NCBI GenBank assembly: GCA_016280465.1
Contig: JAEEGT010000043.1
Span: forward strand, 985-64,984
From: Lachnospiraceae bacterium
GTDB lineage: Bacteria; Bacillota; Clostridia; Lachnospirales; Lachnospiraceae
DNA: 64,000 nucleotides
Direction of reading: 5' to 3'
Of the stretch, positions 9,300 to 19,892 are shown piece by piece. The position numbers and the translations under genes are program-made. Positions within the stretch are counted from its first letter, which is position 1. Every line of letters starts with the position of its first letter. The notes below the pieces were generated by a model. That model did no database searches. It was given only the letters and a program-made list of their open reading frames with translations, and had not been told where the DNA came from.

Positions 9300-10325
9300 T
9301 TATTTGATCCTGCAGATCCATCCTTCGGGAGCTTTGATCCTGCCCATCTGGATACCTGTAAGAGTATCGTAGAGTTTCTTTGTAACGGGGCCCATGTCGG
9401 TCATGCCGCTGGGGAAGCAGATCTCGGTACCGTGATCGTTGATCTTTCCGACGGGAGAGATAACGGCTGCGGTTCCGCAGAGTCCGCATTCTGCCATATC
9501 CTTGAGCTCGTCTTTGTAGATCTCTCTTTCTTCAACCTCAAGTCCGAGATATTCTTTGGCAACTACCATAAGGGATCTTCTTGTGATGGAAGGTAAGATA
9601 CTGCCGGACTTGGGAGTTACTACCTTGCCGTCTTTGGTAACGAAGATGAAGTTTGCGCCGCCGGTTTCTTCAACCTTGGTGCGGGTAGCGGCATCAAGAT
9701 ACATGTTTTCGTCAAAGCCCTTTTCGTGAGCGTCGACAATGGCAAAGAGGCTCATGGCATAGTTGAGGCCTGCCTTGATGTGTCCGGTTCCGTGAGGGGC
9801 CGCTCTGTCGAAATCACTGATGCGGATGGTAAGAGGCTTAACGCCGCCCTTAAAGTAGGGACCTACGGGTGTGCAGAAAAGTCTGAACTGATATTCTTCT
9901 GCGGGTTTAACGCCGATAACGGCGGAACTTCCGAACATATAGGGACGGATATAAAGGGTGGCACCGCTTCCGTAAGGAGGAACGTATGCTTCATTGGCAG
10001 CCACGGTCTTTACTACGGCATCAAGGAAACGCTCTTTGGGAAATACGGGCATCTCCAGACGCTTGCAGCTTTCGATCATTCTCTCGGCATTGAGATCCGG
10101 GCGAAAGCAAACGATATGACCGTCCTCGGTAGTGTAGGCTTTCAGGCCTTCGAAACAGGTCTGGGCGTACTGAAGAACGCCGGCACACTCGTTAATGACT
10201 ATCTGATTGTCATCCGTAAGACGGCCTTCGTCCCAGGCGCCGTTCTTATAGTCGGAGACATATCTCTTATCGGTCTTGATATAGCCGAAGCCGATGTTTC
10301 CCCAATCGATGTTTGCTTTTTCCAT
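9300..10325 (-). CDS. ilvE: Branched-chain amino acid aminotransferase (start moved to ATG 10325)
   Basis: LQYAQTCFEGLKAY, LYIRP, catalytic K in HIKAGLNY, GTAAVISP; AGGGAG RBS before 10325. Confidence 0.95.
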   Translation of the reverse strand: MEKANIDWGNIGFGYIKTDKRYVSDYKNGAWDEGRLTDDNQIVINECAGVLQYAQTCFEGLKAYTTEDGHIVCFRPDLNAERMIESCKRLEMPVFPKERFLDAVVKTVAANEAYVPPYGSGATLYIRPYMFGSSAVIGVKPAEEYQFRLFCTPVGPYFKGGVKPLTIRISDFDRAAPHGTGHIKAGLNYAMSLFAIVDAHEKGFDENMYLDAATRTKVEETGGANFIFVTKDGKVVTPKSGSILPSITRRSLMVVAKEYLGLEVEEREIYKDELKDMAECGLCGTAAVISPVGKINDHGTEICFPSGMTDMGPVTKKLYDTLTGIQMGRIKAPEGWICRIK

Positions 10326-10383
10326 GGTGATTACTCCCTTCTGATCCTTTAGCAAGTTAAGGCACTAAATTGTTGTGAATACA

Positions 10384-10412
10384 ATTATGTTACTGTTTTG
10401 GGAAAAAGTCAA
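10384..10412 (-). promoter_or_regulatory. Probable SigA promoter of ilvE
   Basis: Minus strand TTGACT-17 nt-CATAAT. Confidence 0.55.
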
Positions 10413-10498
10413 CCAAAAGGGGTTTATATATTATTCGTTAATACTATAATGATAATATAATTAGCGGCTTTAGGAGATTATGAGGGGTTTGTTGTCGC

Positions 10499-12868
10499 AT
10501 GAAAAAAGAAAATATTCTGAATAAAAAAATCTTTCTGCTCATATGTGAGATCGCAGCCGTGATCCTTGCTGTTGGTCTTATTATTTTTGTATTCGTCTCT
10601 TCCCTCGAAGGGAATAAATCCGGAACTTTCAGAGAACAGATAAAGACCGTTAAGGGCTGGGAGCTTGTACGCTCCAGCGGAAGAAGAACCACTATAACAC
10701 TGCCTTATGTTGACAGTGCGGCGGATAATGAGATCCTGTCAATCGAAGCGGTGCTTCCCTCCGTTGTAAAGGGCAGCGACTGTCTTTCCCTTCGTGCTCT
10801 CCGCCAGAATGTTAAGGTTTATATCGACGGTGAGCTGAGGGAATTCTATGAGTCCCCCGAGGGAATTTTTTACTGGAGTACACCCATCAGTAACTACCTG
10901 TATATTCAATTGAATCCTGAGGATGCCGGGAAGGTTGTCCGTATAGAGGGCCTTCATTGCGATAGGAGCAAGCGTACTTTTTCCGAAGTCTTTCTGGGTG
11001 AAAAGAGTGCGATCCGGACAAAGTACATGGCTGACCAGCTGCTGGGGATAGTACTGGCCACCGCCTTTTTTGCACTGGGACTTGTCAGCATTTTTGTGGG
11101 ATATGCCCTTCGTTTCGTGGTCAGGAACGGGATGCGGCTTGAATACATCGGATGGGCTATGCTGCTGATTGCCCTGTGGGATCTGACTCAGTCTGATTTC
11201 GGTGATTTTATCTTCACAAACCAGAACCCCATAAACGGTGTTCCCGCTTTTGCCCTTTTGATAATCCCCATACATATCGCACTGTATCTTAACTGGATCC
11301 AGGAGCGCAGATATCAGAAGTTCCTTTCGGTCTTTATTGCGGCATGTATCGTTAACGCAGTGACTTGGATAGTTCTTTCTTTTGCGGGAGTGGTATCTCC
11401 CAGAAACGGTCTTGAACCCGCCTTCGCATTTTTGTATGGCCTGTTTCTTTTTGCGGTAGTATCCGCCATCAAGGATAAGAGAAAATTCGGCAGGATCACC
11501 TACGATGACATCATGATCGGCTTCTGTGCCGTAGCCATCGGCGGACTTGTTCAGGTATACAATTTCTATTCGCCCTCCAAGGGTTCCGACGGCATGTTCT
11601 TAAGCGCCGGATTTGCGGTACTTACCTTTATGGCATTTGCCAATGCCCTGAGGAAGGTCATCCGTATGCAGGGTGAAAAGCAGGCAGCGCTTGCCACCGC
11701 AGATCTTAAGAGCCAGTTCCTTGCCACCATGTCCCACGAGATCCGCACACCCATCAATGCCATTATGGGTATGAACGAAGCGATCATAAGAGAGAGCGGT
11801 GAGGATCACATTGTGGGTTATGCCCAGGATGTGGAAAATGCGGGCAAACTCCTTCTTTATCTTGTAAATGACATCCTTGATTTCAGTAAGCTTGAATCCG
11901 GCAAGATGAGTCTGGTTTACGCAGCTTACGGAGTGAAGAAGCTGGTATCCCAAAGCTACAGTCTCGTGGAAGGCAAGGCCAAAGAAAAAGGTCTGGCTTT
12001 GCATATCCGTGTAGCTGAGGACATTCCTTCCGTTCTTTACGGCGACGAAGTCAGGATCCAGCAGGTTATCATCAATCTGTTGAACAATGCCATCAAATAT
12101 ACCGACAGCGGTGAGATCACTTTTTCACTTTCCTCGGAGCCTGTGAACAAAGAAACGGTCAGACTCAGGATCTCAGTAGAGGATACGGGCCGCGGCATTA
12201 AAGAAGAAAACATTCCTTATCTTTTTGATGCTTTCACAAGGATCGACGAAGCAAAGAGCAGAAGGATAGAAGGAACGGGTCTCGGCCTTGCCATTACCTC
12301 CAAGTTCGTTCAGCTCATGGAAGGTACCATTTCCGTAAACAGCGTTTACGGTCAGGGCTCGGAGTTCATAGTGGAGATCCCCCAGAGGATCATCTCCGAA
12401 AATGCCGTGGGCAAGTTCGATGTGGAGACCGAGGTTGCGGAGGAACCGCCCAAGACAGGAGCGGACATTGTTAAATTCCCCGGAGTCAAGCTGCTTGTGG
12501 TTGATGACGTCCAGTTGAATATCAAGGTTGTTGTGAGTCTTCTCAAGAAATCAGAGATGATAATCGACAGTGCCACCAGCGGTGAGCAGTGTCTTGAGAA
12601 ATGTAAGAACGAAAAGTACGATATAATCCTTCTCGACCACATGATGCCCGAGAAGGACGGTGTTCAGACTCTTTGGGATCTTAGACGGGATAAAAAGAAC
12701 ATTAACATCGATACCCCTGTCATCATGATGACTGCCAACGCCATGAACGGCGCAAGAGAAGAGTACATGGGACTGGGATTCTCGGATTATGTTTCCAAGC
12801 CCTTTAATCTTACACAGCTTCAGAAGATAATCGAAAAGAATCTGAAGCGTGCTGCGAAGCATAACTAA
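10499..12868 (+). CDS. Hybrid sensor histidine kinase / response regulator with multi-TM sensor
   Basis: H-box SHEIRTP, N-box NLLNNAIKYT, DTGRGI, GTGLGL, receiver VVDD...LLDHMMP...SKP. Confidence 0.95.
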   Translation: MKKENILNKKIFLLICEIAAVILAVGLIIFVFVSSLEGNKSGTFREQIKTVKGWELVRSSGRRTTITLPYVDSAADNEILSIEAVLPSVVKGSDCLSLRALRQNVKVYIDGELREFYESPEGIFYWSTPISNYLYIQLNPEDAGKVVRIEGLHCDRSKRTFSEVFLGEKSAIRTKYMADQLLGIVLATAFFALGLVSIFVGYALRFVVRNGMRLEYIGWAMLLIALWDLTQSDFGDFIFTNQNPINGVPAFALLIIPIHIALYLNWIQERRYQKFLSVFIAACIVNAVTWIVLSFAGVVSPRNGLEPAFAFLYGLFLFAVVSAIKDKRKFGRITYDDIMIGFCAVAIGGLVQVYNFYSPSKGSDGMFLSAGFAVLTFMAFANALRKVIRMQGEKQAALATADLKSQFLATMSHEIRTPINAIMGMNEAIIRESGEDHIVGYAQDVENAGKLLLYLVNDILDFSKLESGKMSLVYAAYGVKKLVSQSYSLVEGKAKEKGLALHIRVAEDIPSVLYGDEVRIQQVIINLLNNAIKYTDSGEITFSLSSEPVNKETVRLRISVEDTGRGIKEENIPYLFDAFTRIDEAKSRRIEGTGLGLAITSKFVQLMEGTISVNSVYGQGSEFIVEIPQRIISENAVGKFDVETEVAEEPPKTGADIVKFPGVKLLVVDDVQLNIKVVVSLLKKSEMIIDSATSGEQCLEKCKNEKYDIILLDHMMPEKDGVQTLWDLRRDKKNINIDTPVIMMTANAMNGAREEYMGLGFSDYVSKPFNLTQLQKIIEKNLKRAAKHN

Positions 12869-13725
12869 TTATCCAAAAGATCCGAAAGAGCTGCGAATTC
12901 TTTAAGAGAAAGGGCTTCGCCCCTGACGGTCTGTGACAGGCCCATTTCCGTAAGAGCCGAGCTGACGGCTTCTTTGGAGGCACCGGGTACACCGGCATTG
13001 GACAGGGCATTGACCAAAGTCTTCCTGCGCTGATTAAAGGATGCTCTTATCAAAGAAAACATATAAGCCTCGTTCCTGACAGGAACGGGGTTTTCTTTAT
13101 ACAGTTCCATTTTTATAACGGCGCTGTCCACGTTGGGTCTGGGGATAAAGCAGCCGGCAGAAACATTCATGATGATCTCGGGCTTTGAGTAGTACTGGAC
13201 GGCCAAAGAAAGTGCGCCGTAATCCTTGGAGCCGGGGCCGGTTTCCATACGAAGGGCCACTTCCTTTTGGACCATGGCGGTGATGCTTAAAAGGGGCATG
13301 TGACTTTCAAAAAGTTCCATCACTATGGGGGTGGTTATATAATAGGGAAGGTTGGCCACCACTTTTATGGGACGGCCTTCATTATATTTAAGGGCTATTT
13401 CGTTGAGATCGAGTTTAAGGATGTCTTCGTTGATGATGACCTTGTTGCTGTATTCAGACAGGGTGTCGTTCAAAACGGGAATAAGTTTTTTGTCGATCTC
13501 CACAGCCACAACAAATCCTGCTTTTTCACAAAGATACTGTGTCATGGTTCCGATTCCGGGACCTATTTCGAGAACACAGTCTTCCTTGGTGACACCGGCA
13601 CCCGTCACGATGTTTTCAAGGATGTTGGAGTCTACAAGAAAGTTCTGGCCGTACTTTTTCTGAAAGGTGAAGCCATATTTATCAAGGATTGCCTTGGTGT
13701 TGGTAAAATTTCCGAGATATGCCAT
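12865..13725 (-). CDS. rsmA: 16S rRNA m6,2A dimethyltransferase RsmA/KsgA
   Basis: GQNFL, LEIGPGIG, VANLPYYITTP, FNQRRKTL. Confidence 0.97.
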   Translation of the reverse strand: MAYLGNFTNTKAILDKYGFTFQKKYGQNFLVDSNILENIVTGAGVTKEDCVLEIGPGIGTMTQYLCEKAGFVVAVEIDKKLIPVLNDTLSEYSNKVIINEDILKLDLNEIALKYNEGRPIKVVANLPYYITTPIVMELFESHMPLLSITAMVQKEVALRMETGPGSKDYGALSLAVQYYSKPEIIMNVSAGCFIPRPNVDSAVIKMELYKENPVPVRNEAYMFSLIRASFNQRRKTLVNALSNAGVPGASKEAVSSALTEMGLSQTVRGEALSLKEFAALSDLLDN

Positions 13726-13759
13726 AATCTGTACCTTGGGAAGGTAAGATCCTTCCTGT

Positions 13760-14524
13760 TTATTCTATATTAAAGAGTTTTTTTGCGTTGCTTTCAGTAA
13801 CTGCTATGACCTCATCGGCAGAGATTCCGCGAAGTGAAGCGATCTCATCTGCGATAAGGGGAATATAGAGGGAAGAGTTTCTCTCGCCTCTGTGGGGCAC
13901 GGGAGCCAGGTAGGGACAGTCGGTTTCAAGGAGAATGGATGTCAAAGGGATATTCTGAGCCACTTCCTTGAGTTTACGACCGTTTTTAAAGGTGACAACC
14001 CCTCCGATGCCGATAAGAAAGCCGAGTTTGATGTATTCTTCCGCCATTTCAAGGGAAGAAGAAAAACAGTGGATCACACCGCGCTTTGAGGGGAGATTTT
14101 CTTTGATGACATCAAAGGTTTCTTCCGCCGCATCCCTGGAATGGATTATTACCGGCAGATCGAACCGCTCGGCCAGTTTTAACTGATAAATGAAGCCTTC
14201 CCGCTGAACTTCGGGCGGAACATCGTCATAATGATAGTCAAGGCCTATCTCACCGATGGCACAGGGTTTCTTTGAGGCTATGAGTGCCTCAAGCTCCGGG
14301 CGGTGTTCCGGGGTAAGGTCGGCGGAATTGTCGGGATGGATGCCGAGGGCTAAGTGGCAGAATGGATATGTGTCACAGATCTTCAGCATAAGAGGGATGG
14401 AGTCCCAGGCTGCGCCGGCGCATATTATATTTCCGATCCCGTTTTCTTTCATATGAGAAAGAAGAAGATCTCTGTCTTCGTCATAGGCCGGATCGTCGTA
14501 ATGTGAGTGGGTTTCAAAGATCAT
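13760..14524 (-). CDS. tatD: TatD-family hydrolase
   Basis: THSH, GIHP, IGEIGLDY, IHSR, IHCF, ETDCPYL. Confidence 0.93.
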   Translation of the reverse strand: MIFETHSHYDDPAYDEDRDLLLSHMKENGIGNIICAGAAWDSIPLMLKICDTYPFCHLALGIHPDNSADLTPEHRPELEALIASKKPCAIGEIGLDYHYDDVPPEVQREGFIYQLKLAERFDLPVIIHSRDAAEETFDVIKENLPSKRGVIHCFSSSLEMAEEYIKLGFLIGIGGVVTFKNGRKLKEVAQNIPLTSILLETDCPYLAPVPHRGERNSSLYIPLIADEIASLRGISADEVIAVTESNAKKLFNIE

Positions 14525-14625
14525 GGGAATATGGTTATATGGTCTCTTTCTATAGGATTTTCATGGTGTTTCGACTATTTTAGCACATCGTGATATCAAA
14601 AAAAACGAAAAACTTAAAAAAAGTG

Positions 14626-14654
14626 TTGCAAAACATTAATCCTTGTGCTATATT
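14626..14654 (+). promoter_or_regulatory. SigA promoter of tRNA-Lys
   Basis: TTGCAA-17 nt-TATATT, TG extension, A-rich UP element upstream. Confidence 0.7.
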
Positions 14655-14674
14655 CTTTTCGTTGCAGTAAAAAC

Positions 14675-14747
14675 GCGCCTTTAGCTCAGTTGGTAGAGCA
14701 CCTGACTCTTAATCAGGGTGTCCAGGGTTCGAGCCCCTGAAGGCGCA
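14675..14747 (+). tRNA. tRNA-Lys, anticodon CTT (CCA not encoded)
   Basis: Acceptor GCGCCTT/AAGGCGC, D-arm GCTC-AGTTGGTA-GAGC, anticodon arm CCTGA-CTCTTAA-TCAGG, T-arm CAGGG-TTCGAGC-CCCTG. Confidence 0.97.
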
Positions 14748-14909
14748 CTTATCGGTCGCAAGCTTAGCTCAGTGCAGGTTCGCGGCCTTTTTTCTTGTCT
14801 TTCTTTTTCTATATTTTGTGGTCACCTTTCTTTACATTCCCTATATGGTGTGATAAACTTTTATAGGATAGGGCTAATATACCCCTACAACAGAAGACGG
14901 GTGAGCAGC

Positions 14910-17855
14910 GTGGATAAATACGAATATAAGATCAGGGCCGAGGAAATCCGCTCATTAATACAGGAAAACAAATATAAAGAGGCAGTTGAGATTGCCGATT
15001 CCATTGATTGGAAAAATGTCAAAAACAGTATGATGCTTTGTACCGTCAGTGACCTTTACAAAGCATGCAAGCGTTACGAGGACAGTCGCGACGTCCTTCT
15101 TTTGGCTTACGAGAGAAATCCCGGGGGCCGTATGATTCTTTACTCTCTTTGTGAACTCTCAATAAAACTCGGTGATATAGTCAATGCAATCGAATATTAT
15201 AAGGAATTCCAGCAGGTTGCGCCCAAGGATTCCGGCAGGTATGTGCTGAAATACAAGCTCTTTACCATGCAGGAGGTGGGTCTTGATGAGCGCATAGAGG
15301 TTCTGGAAGAGCTTCAGCGCATTGAGCCCAAGGAAAAGTGGATGTATGAGCTTGCGTACCTGTACCACATGGTAGGCCAGGGTGAGAAGTGTGTTGAGGA
15401 GTGTAACCAGCTTGTTATTTTCTTCGGAGAAGGCAAGTATGTTGTCAAGGCTCTTGAGTTAAAGATGATGCACGAGCCCTTGTCCGAGGAGCAGGAGGCT
15501 CTCTACAAACGTTTGACGGAGCCGGATGTTGCGCTTGTTAAAGATGTGGATCTCAGCAACTGCAATACAATGGATCTTCAGAAAGAACTTGCGGACAATC
15601 TTAAGGAAGTGCTTTTTGATGACGGCAAGGCAAAAGAACCGGAGTATGCCGTTGCCACCATATATGAAACCGTGGAAGATGACGAGCCTGGGGCTCCGGA
15701 CAATGGGGAAACCGCTGCTTCCGAAGTGGCGGAAACAGAGGGTGAAGGATCTGTTTCGGCAGAGACACCTGTGGACGATGTTGCCTCAAAAGAGGCCGAA
15801 AACCTCCGGATTTCAGAGGCGGAACCTGAGGCTGATAAACCTGTGGAGACTTCCGAAGCAGAAGTACCTGCAGACGGTGATATGACCGAGATCACGGCTC
15901 CTAAAACCGAAACGCCCGAAGAGGAAACAGCCACCAAGATCTTTACCGCGTCGGAACTTAAAGAGATCAGAGCCAACACGGAGCCTGTGAATGAGCGGGT
16001 ATCCGATGTGATCCTTCCCAAGAACGATCCCTTGAATATCCATTCCGTACGGGTGGATGCCAATACAAACCCCGCCATCAAGTTCCCCAATTTTGACGAT
16101 ATGATGGCTCTGGAGGGTGACGGTCAGATCAGTCTGGTGGTTCCCGAGCAGGAGATGCTTGAGAAGCAGATCACCGGTCAGATCAGCATCGACGATGTTC
16201 TTGCCGAGTGGGAAAAGGTCAAGAGCGACAACGAGCGCAAGTGGCAGGCTGATGTACGCAGGCGTGTAATGGAGCAGACCCACAACATGTTCCGCGACTT
16301 TGATGAGAACTCAAAGAACGGTCTGCTGGAAGAACTGGAAGAGACCGTCAGTGAAGCGGAAACAGTGGAGCTCACTCCCGAAGAAGTGACCGCTTTGAGA
16401 CACGAATACAATTCCGAGGCTTTAAATATAGATATCGAGGAGCCCGAGGTCTTTGAAGAGACCGATGACAGGGACAAGGAACCCGAAGAAACAAGGGAAG
16501 AGGCTTCAACTCCTCCGATGTCACCGGGATTCAGTAACGAAAAGATCCAGACCGAGGCTATCCGTATCCTGGCAGAGACTGTCAGGGACGTTCATGAGAT
16601 CACCGTGGACCGTGACGAAGAGCCTGAACATGAGGAACTCAGAGTGTCGGAGCCCGAAACGAATGCGGAGGACAGCGAAGAACCCGAAACGGAAGAGCCG
16701 GGCAGCGAGGAGCCGGAGGCAGAGACCCCCGCGGTTCGCAGCGAAGAGCGCACCATCGATCTCACTCCCGAGATCACTTCTCACGCTCCCGAACCCGATG
16801 CGGATGACAACACTTCCGTTCTTCCCAACGCGGAAGAACTGGAGTATCTCATGAAGTTTGCCGCTGCCGGCGAAGCCAGAGATCAGGCGGACCGGGAACT
16901 GGAAGAGAGCGAAGCGCAGGAAGAACAGACAGACCCTGAGGAGATATTTAAGCCCGAAGAACCTGAGTCCGAAGAAACCGCTTCCGTGGAAGAGTCCGTT
17001 ACGGAAACTGAAACTTTGGATCCCGCTGAAGAAGAAACAGAGCCGGAGGCTTCCGAAACGGAAGAAAACATAAATACAGCAGAACCCGAACCCTACGTAA
17101 GTTCATTTAAGGGTCTTACCGAGGAACAGTCCGAGAGATTCGAATCCTTTGTTCAAAAGGATTCCGGCAGAGAGCAGGTAATCGATTCCATCGCCAAACT
17201 CTCAATGGATGCGGATCACGGCAATGCCATCATCGGTAGCGATGATAACGACGGTTCCGTGGAATTCGCCAAGGATCTTATCCTTGAACTGTCCGGTCGC
17301 GGACTTATATCCGGCAAGGCTGCAAAGATCAAGGCAAGCACCCTTAACGCCAAGGATGCGTACGGAATGCTCACTTCACTTTATGACGGTGCCATCATCA
17401 TTCAGGACGCCGATGAACTCCGCCCCGAAACCCTTGATGCCATAAACAGAGCCACAGCCGTCGGGGATAAAAAGCTTTTCATTGCCCTGACAGTGAACAA
17501 ACGTCATAAACACAGATTTATCATGGAGAATTCGTCCATGCTCTCATCTTTTGATATTTCGGTGGATATTGATGCAGAGACCAATTCTGAACTTGCCAGA
17601 TTCGCCAAGAGCTATGCATATTCCAAGGAATATGCCATTGATGAAATGGGCATGCTGGCACTTCATACAAGGATCGATGAGCGCCAGACAAATTCACACA
17701 GCGTTACTGTCGGCGAAGTCAAGGAGATCGTTGACGAAGCTATAGTCCATGCTTCCAAAAAGAACGTGGGACACTTCTTTAACGTTCTGATGGGCAAGCG
17801 CTACGATGCCAACGACATGATCGTATTAAAGGAAAAGGATTTTACCGGAAAATAA
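14910..17855 (+). CDS. Large protein: N-terminal TPR region, long Glu-rich linker, C-terminal degenerate AAA-like domain (start moved to GTG 14910)
   Basis: Helical TPR-like repeats in first ~200 aa; E/P/T-rich low-complexity middle; C-terminal IIIQDADEL Walker-B-like strand; ORF-track start overlaps the tRNA. Confidence 0.75.
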   Translation: MDKYEYKIRAEEIRSLIQENKYKEAVEIADSIDWKNVKNSMMLCTVSDLYKACKRYEDSRDVLLLAYERNPGGRMILYSLCELSIKLGDIVNAIEYYKEFQQVAPKDSGRYVLKYKLFTMQEVGLDERIEVLEELQRIEPKEKWMYELAYLYHMVGQGEKCVEECNQLVIFFGEGKYVVKALELKMMHEPLSEEQEALYKRLTEPDVALVKDVDLSNCNTMDLQKELADNLKEVLFDDGKAKEPEYAVATIYETVEDDEPGAPDNGETAASEVAETEGEGSVSAETPVDDVASKEAENLRISEAEPEADKPVETSEAEVPADGDMTEITAPKTETPEEETATKIFTASELKEIRANTEPVNERVSDVILPKNDPLNIHSVRVDANTNPAIKFPNFDDMMALEGDGQISLVVPEQEMLEKQITGQISIDDVLAEWEKVKSDNERKWQADVRRRVMEQTHNMFRDFDENSKNGLLEELEETVSEAETVELTPEEVTALRHEYNSEALNIDIEEPEVFEETDDRDKEPEETREEASTPPMSPGFSNEKIQTEAIRILAETVRDVHEITVDRDEEPEHEELRVSEPETNAEDSEEPETEEPGSEEPEAETPAVRSEERTIDLTPEITSHAPEPDADDNTSVLPNAEELEYLMKFAAAGEARDQADRELEESEAQEEQTDPEEIFKPEEPESEETASVEESVTETETLDPAEEETEPEASETEENINTAEPEPYVSSFKGLTEEQSERFESFVQKDSGREQVIDSIAKLSMDADHGNAIIGSDDNDGSVEFAKDLILELSGRGLISGKAAKIKASTLNAKDAYGMLTSLYDGAIIIQDADELRPETLDAINRATAVGDKKLFIALTVNKRHKHRFIMENSSMLSSFDISVDIDAETNSELARFAKSYAYSKEYAIDEMGMLALHTRIDERQTNSHSVTVGEVKEIVDEAIVHASKKNVGHFFNVLMGKRYDANDMIVLKEKDFTGK

Positions 17856-17873
17856 CTCTTAAGGAGATGTTTC

Positions 17874-19769
17874 ATGAATCCGCTTTTCATTACCGAGACC
17901 GATGAATACCTGTTTGCCAACGGTACTCACTACGAGATCTATAAGAAACTCGGGGCCCACCCTTGTGAGATTGACGGTGAGGAAGGGGTTTATTTCGGCG
18001 TATATGCTCCTCACGCCGCCGAAGTTTATGTACTTGGGGATTTTAACGGCTGGAGAGAGTGGGACAAGCCCCTTTGCAAACTTGGTCCCGGAGGTATCTG
18101 GGCCGGCTTTGTGGCAGGCGCAAAACAGGGTGATCTTTACAAGTTCTTTATCAAGGCTGCCGACGGAAGGACTCTTTATAAGGCGGATCCTTTTGCCTGC
18201 TATGCCGAGAAGCGTCCGGGGACCGCATCCCGGATCTATGACCTTACCGGTTTTAAATGGACCGATTCCAAATGGATCAAGGATCGCGAGAAAAAGAACA
18301 TGTTCGAAGAACCGCTGGCCATATATGAGTGCCACATCGGTTCCTTTATGAGACATCCCGGCCGCAATGACGAAGGCTTTTATTCCTATCGCGAATTCGC
18401 TGACAGGATCGTAGACTATTGCAAGGATATGCGTTATACCCACGTGGAACTTATGGGTATCGCGGAATATCCCTTTGACGGTTCCTGGGGCTACCAGGTG
18501 ACCGGCTATTACGCTCCCACATCAAGATACGGTGAGCCCAAAGACTTCATGTATCTTGTAAATAAGCTTCATAAAAACGGCATAGGCGTGATACTTGACT
18601 GGGTTCCCGCACATTTTGCCAAGGATGCCCACGGGCTTGCCGATTTTGACGGAGGTCCGGTTTTTGAGCATCCCGATCCCAGAAAGGGTGAGCATCCCGA
18701 GTGGGGAACCAAGATCTTTAACTACGAAAAGACCGAGATCAGCAACTTCCTCATTGCCAACGTATTCTACTGGATAAGGGAATTTCATGTGGACGGTGTC
18801 AGAGTTGATGCCGTTGCCTCCATGCTTTATCTTGATTACGGCAAAAAAGAAGGACAGTGGGTTGCCAACAAGTACGGCGGAAACAAAAACCTTGAAGCAA
18901 TAGAGTTCTTTAAGCATTTAAATTCAATAGTCCATAAGGAATACCCGGGCTTTATGACCATCGCCGAGGAATCCACGGCATGGCCCAAGATCACCGGTGC
19001 GGTGGAAGACGACGGTCTGGGTTTTTCCTACAAGTGGAATATGGGCTGGATGCATGATTTTTGCGAGTACATGAAGTTAGACCCCTTCTTCCGCAAAGAC
19101 AACCACTATGCCCTGACCTTCGCCATGAGTTACAACGAGTATGAGAACTATATACTCCCCCTGTCTCATGACGAGGTGGTTCACCTTAAGTGTTCCATGG
19201 TGGAGAAGATGCCGGGATACAAGGTGGACAAATACGCCAATCTTCGTGTAGGCTATACCTTTATGTTCGGGCATTGCGGCAAGAAGCTTCTTTTTATGGG
19301 CCAGGATTTCGGCCAGGAAAGAGAGTGGAGCGAGGAGCGTGAACTTGACTGGTTTCTTTTGCAGAACGAGCTGAATTCCGGCATGCAAAAGTACATGTCC
19401 CGACTCCTTGGAATATATCGCGATTATCCCTGCATGTATACGGATGACAACTCCTGGAAGGGCTTTGAATGGATCAAAGCGGATGACAAGGACAGAAGTA
19501 CCTATGCTTTCCTTCGCAGGACCGAAAAGGATGAAAGATGTCTGCTTTTTGTATGCAACATGACCCCCATGAAATGGGAAAACTATAAGATGGGAGTTCC
19601 GAAGAGCGGCACCTATAAATTGCTTTTGAACAGCGATGACAAAGAATTCGGAGGAAACGGCAATACCGTGCCCGCCGAACTCAAGGCGAAAAAGGAAGAA
19701 TGCGACTACAAACCCTATGCGGTAGAATTCGATCTTCCGGCCTATACTGCCCTTGTTTTTGAATTTTAA
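17874..19769 (+). CDS. glgB: 1,4-alpha-glucan branching enzyme (GH13)
   Basis: SWGYQ, DWVPAHF, DGVRVDAVASM, IAEEST, LSHDEVVH. Confidence 0.97.
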   Translation: MNPLFITETDEYLFANGTHYEIYKKLGAHPCEIDGEEGVYFGVYAPHAAEVYVLGDFNGWREWDKPLCKLGPGGIWAGFVAGAKQGDLYKFFIKAADGRTLYKADPFACYAEKRPGTASRIYDLTGFKWTDSKWIKDREKKNMFEEPLAIYECHIGSFMRHPGRNDEGFYSYREFADRIVDYCKDMRYTHVELMGIAEYPFDGSWGYQVTGYYAPTSRYGEPKDFMYLVNKLHKNGIGVILDWVPAHFAKDAHGLADFDGGPVFEHPDPRKGEHPEWGTKIFNYEKTEISNFLIANVFYWIREFHVDGVRVDAVASMLYLDYGKKEGQWVANKYGGNKNLEAIEFFKHLNSIVHKEYPGFMTIAEESTAWPKITGAVEDDGLGFSYKWNMGWMHDFCEYMKLDPFFRKDNHYALTFAMSYNEYENYILPLSHDEVVHLKCSMVEKMPGYKVDKYANLRVGYTFMFGHCGKKLLFMGQDFGQEREWSEERELDWFLLQNELNSGMQKYMSRLLGIYRDYPCMYTDDNSWKGFEWIKADDKDRSTYAFLRRTEKDERCLLFVCNMTPMKWENYKMGVPKSGTYKLLLNSDDKEFGGNGNTVPAELKAKKEECDYKPYAVEFDLPAYTALVFEF

Positions 19770-19770
19770 C

Positions 19771-19798
19771 TAAAGATTGCGGTCTGAAAAGCCGAAAT
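19771..19798 (+). promoter_or_regulatory. Sigma28 (FliA/SigD)-type promoter
   Basis: TAAA-16 nt-GCCGAAAT, near consensus TAAA-N15/16-GCCGATAT, upstream of a flagellin-containing unit. Confidence 0.7.
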
Positions 19799-19892
19799 AA
19801 AAGATGAGCGAAAGGATTTGCTCATCTTTTTTGTGGGAGATAATATCCTACATTGTTTATGCGCAGGGAAGCGTGACAAGAAAGGACGTACT

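Noticed and set aside
14764-14782. TTAGCTCAGT and GGTTCG echoing tRNA D- and T-arm sequence just after tRNA-Lys (possible att site or tRNA remnant)
   Set aside because: Only a 10-nt match, inside the terminator hairpin; no integrase or duplicated tRNA 3' end seen
14718-14909. ORF-track N-terminal extension of the TPR protein
   Set aside because: Overlaps tRNA-Lys and its downstream hairpin; GTG 14910 is the more plausible start
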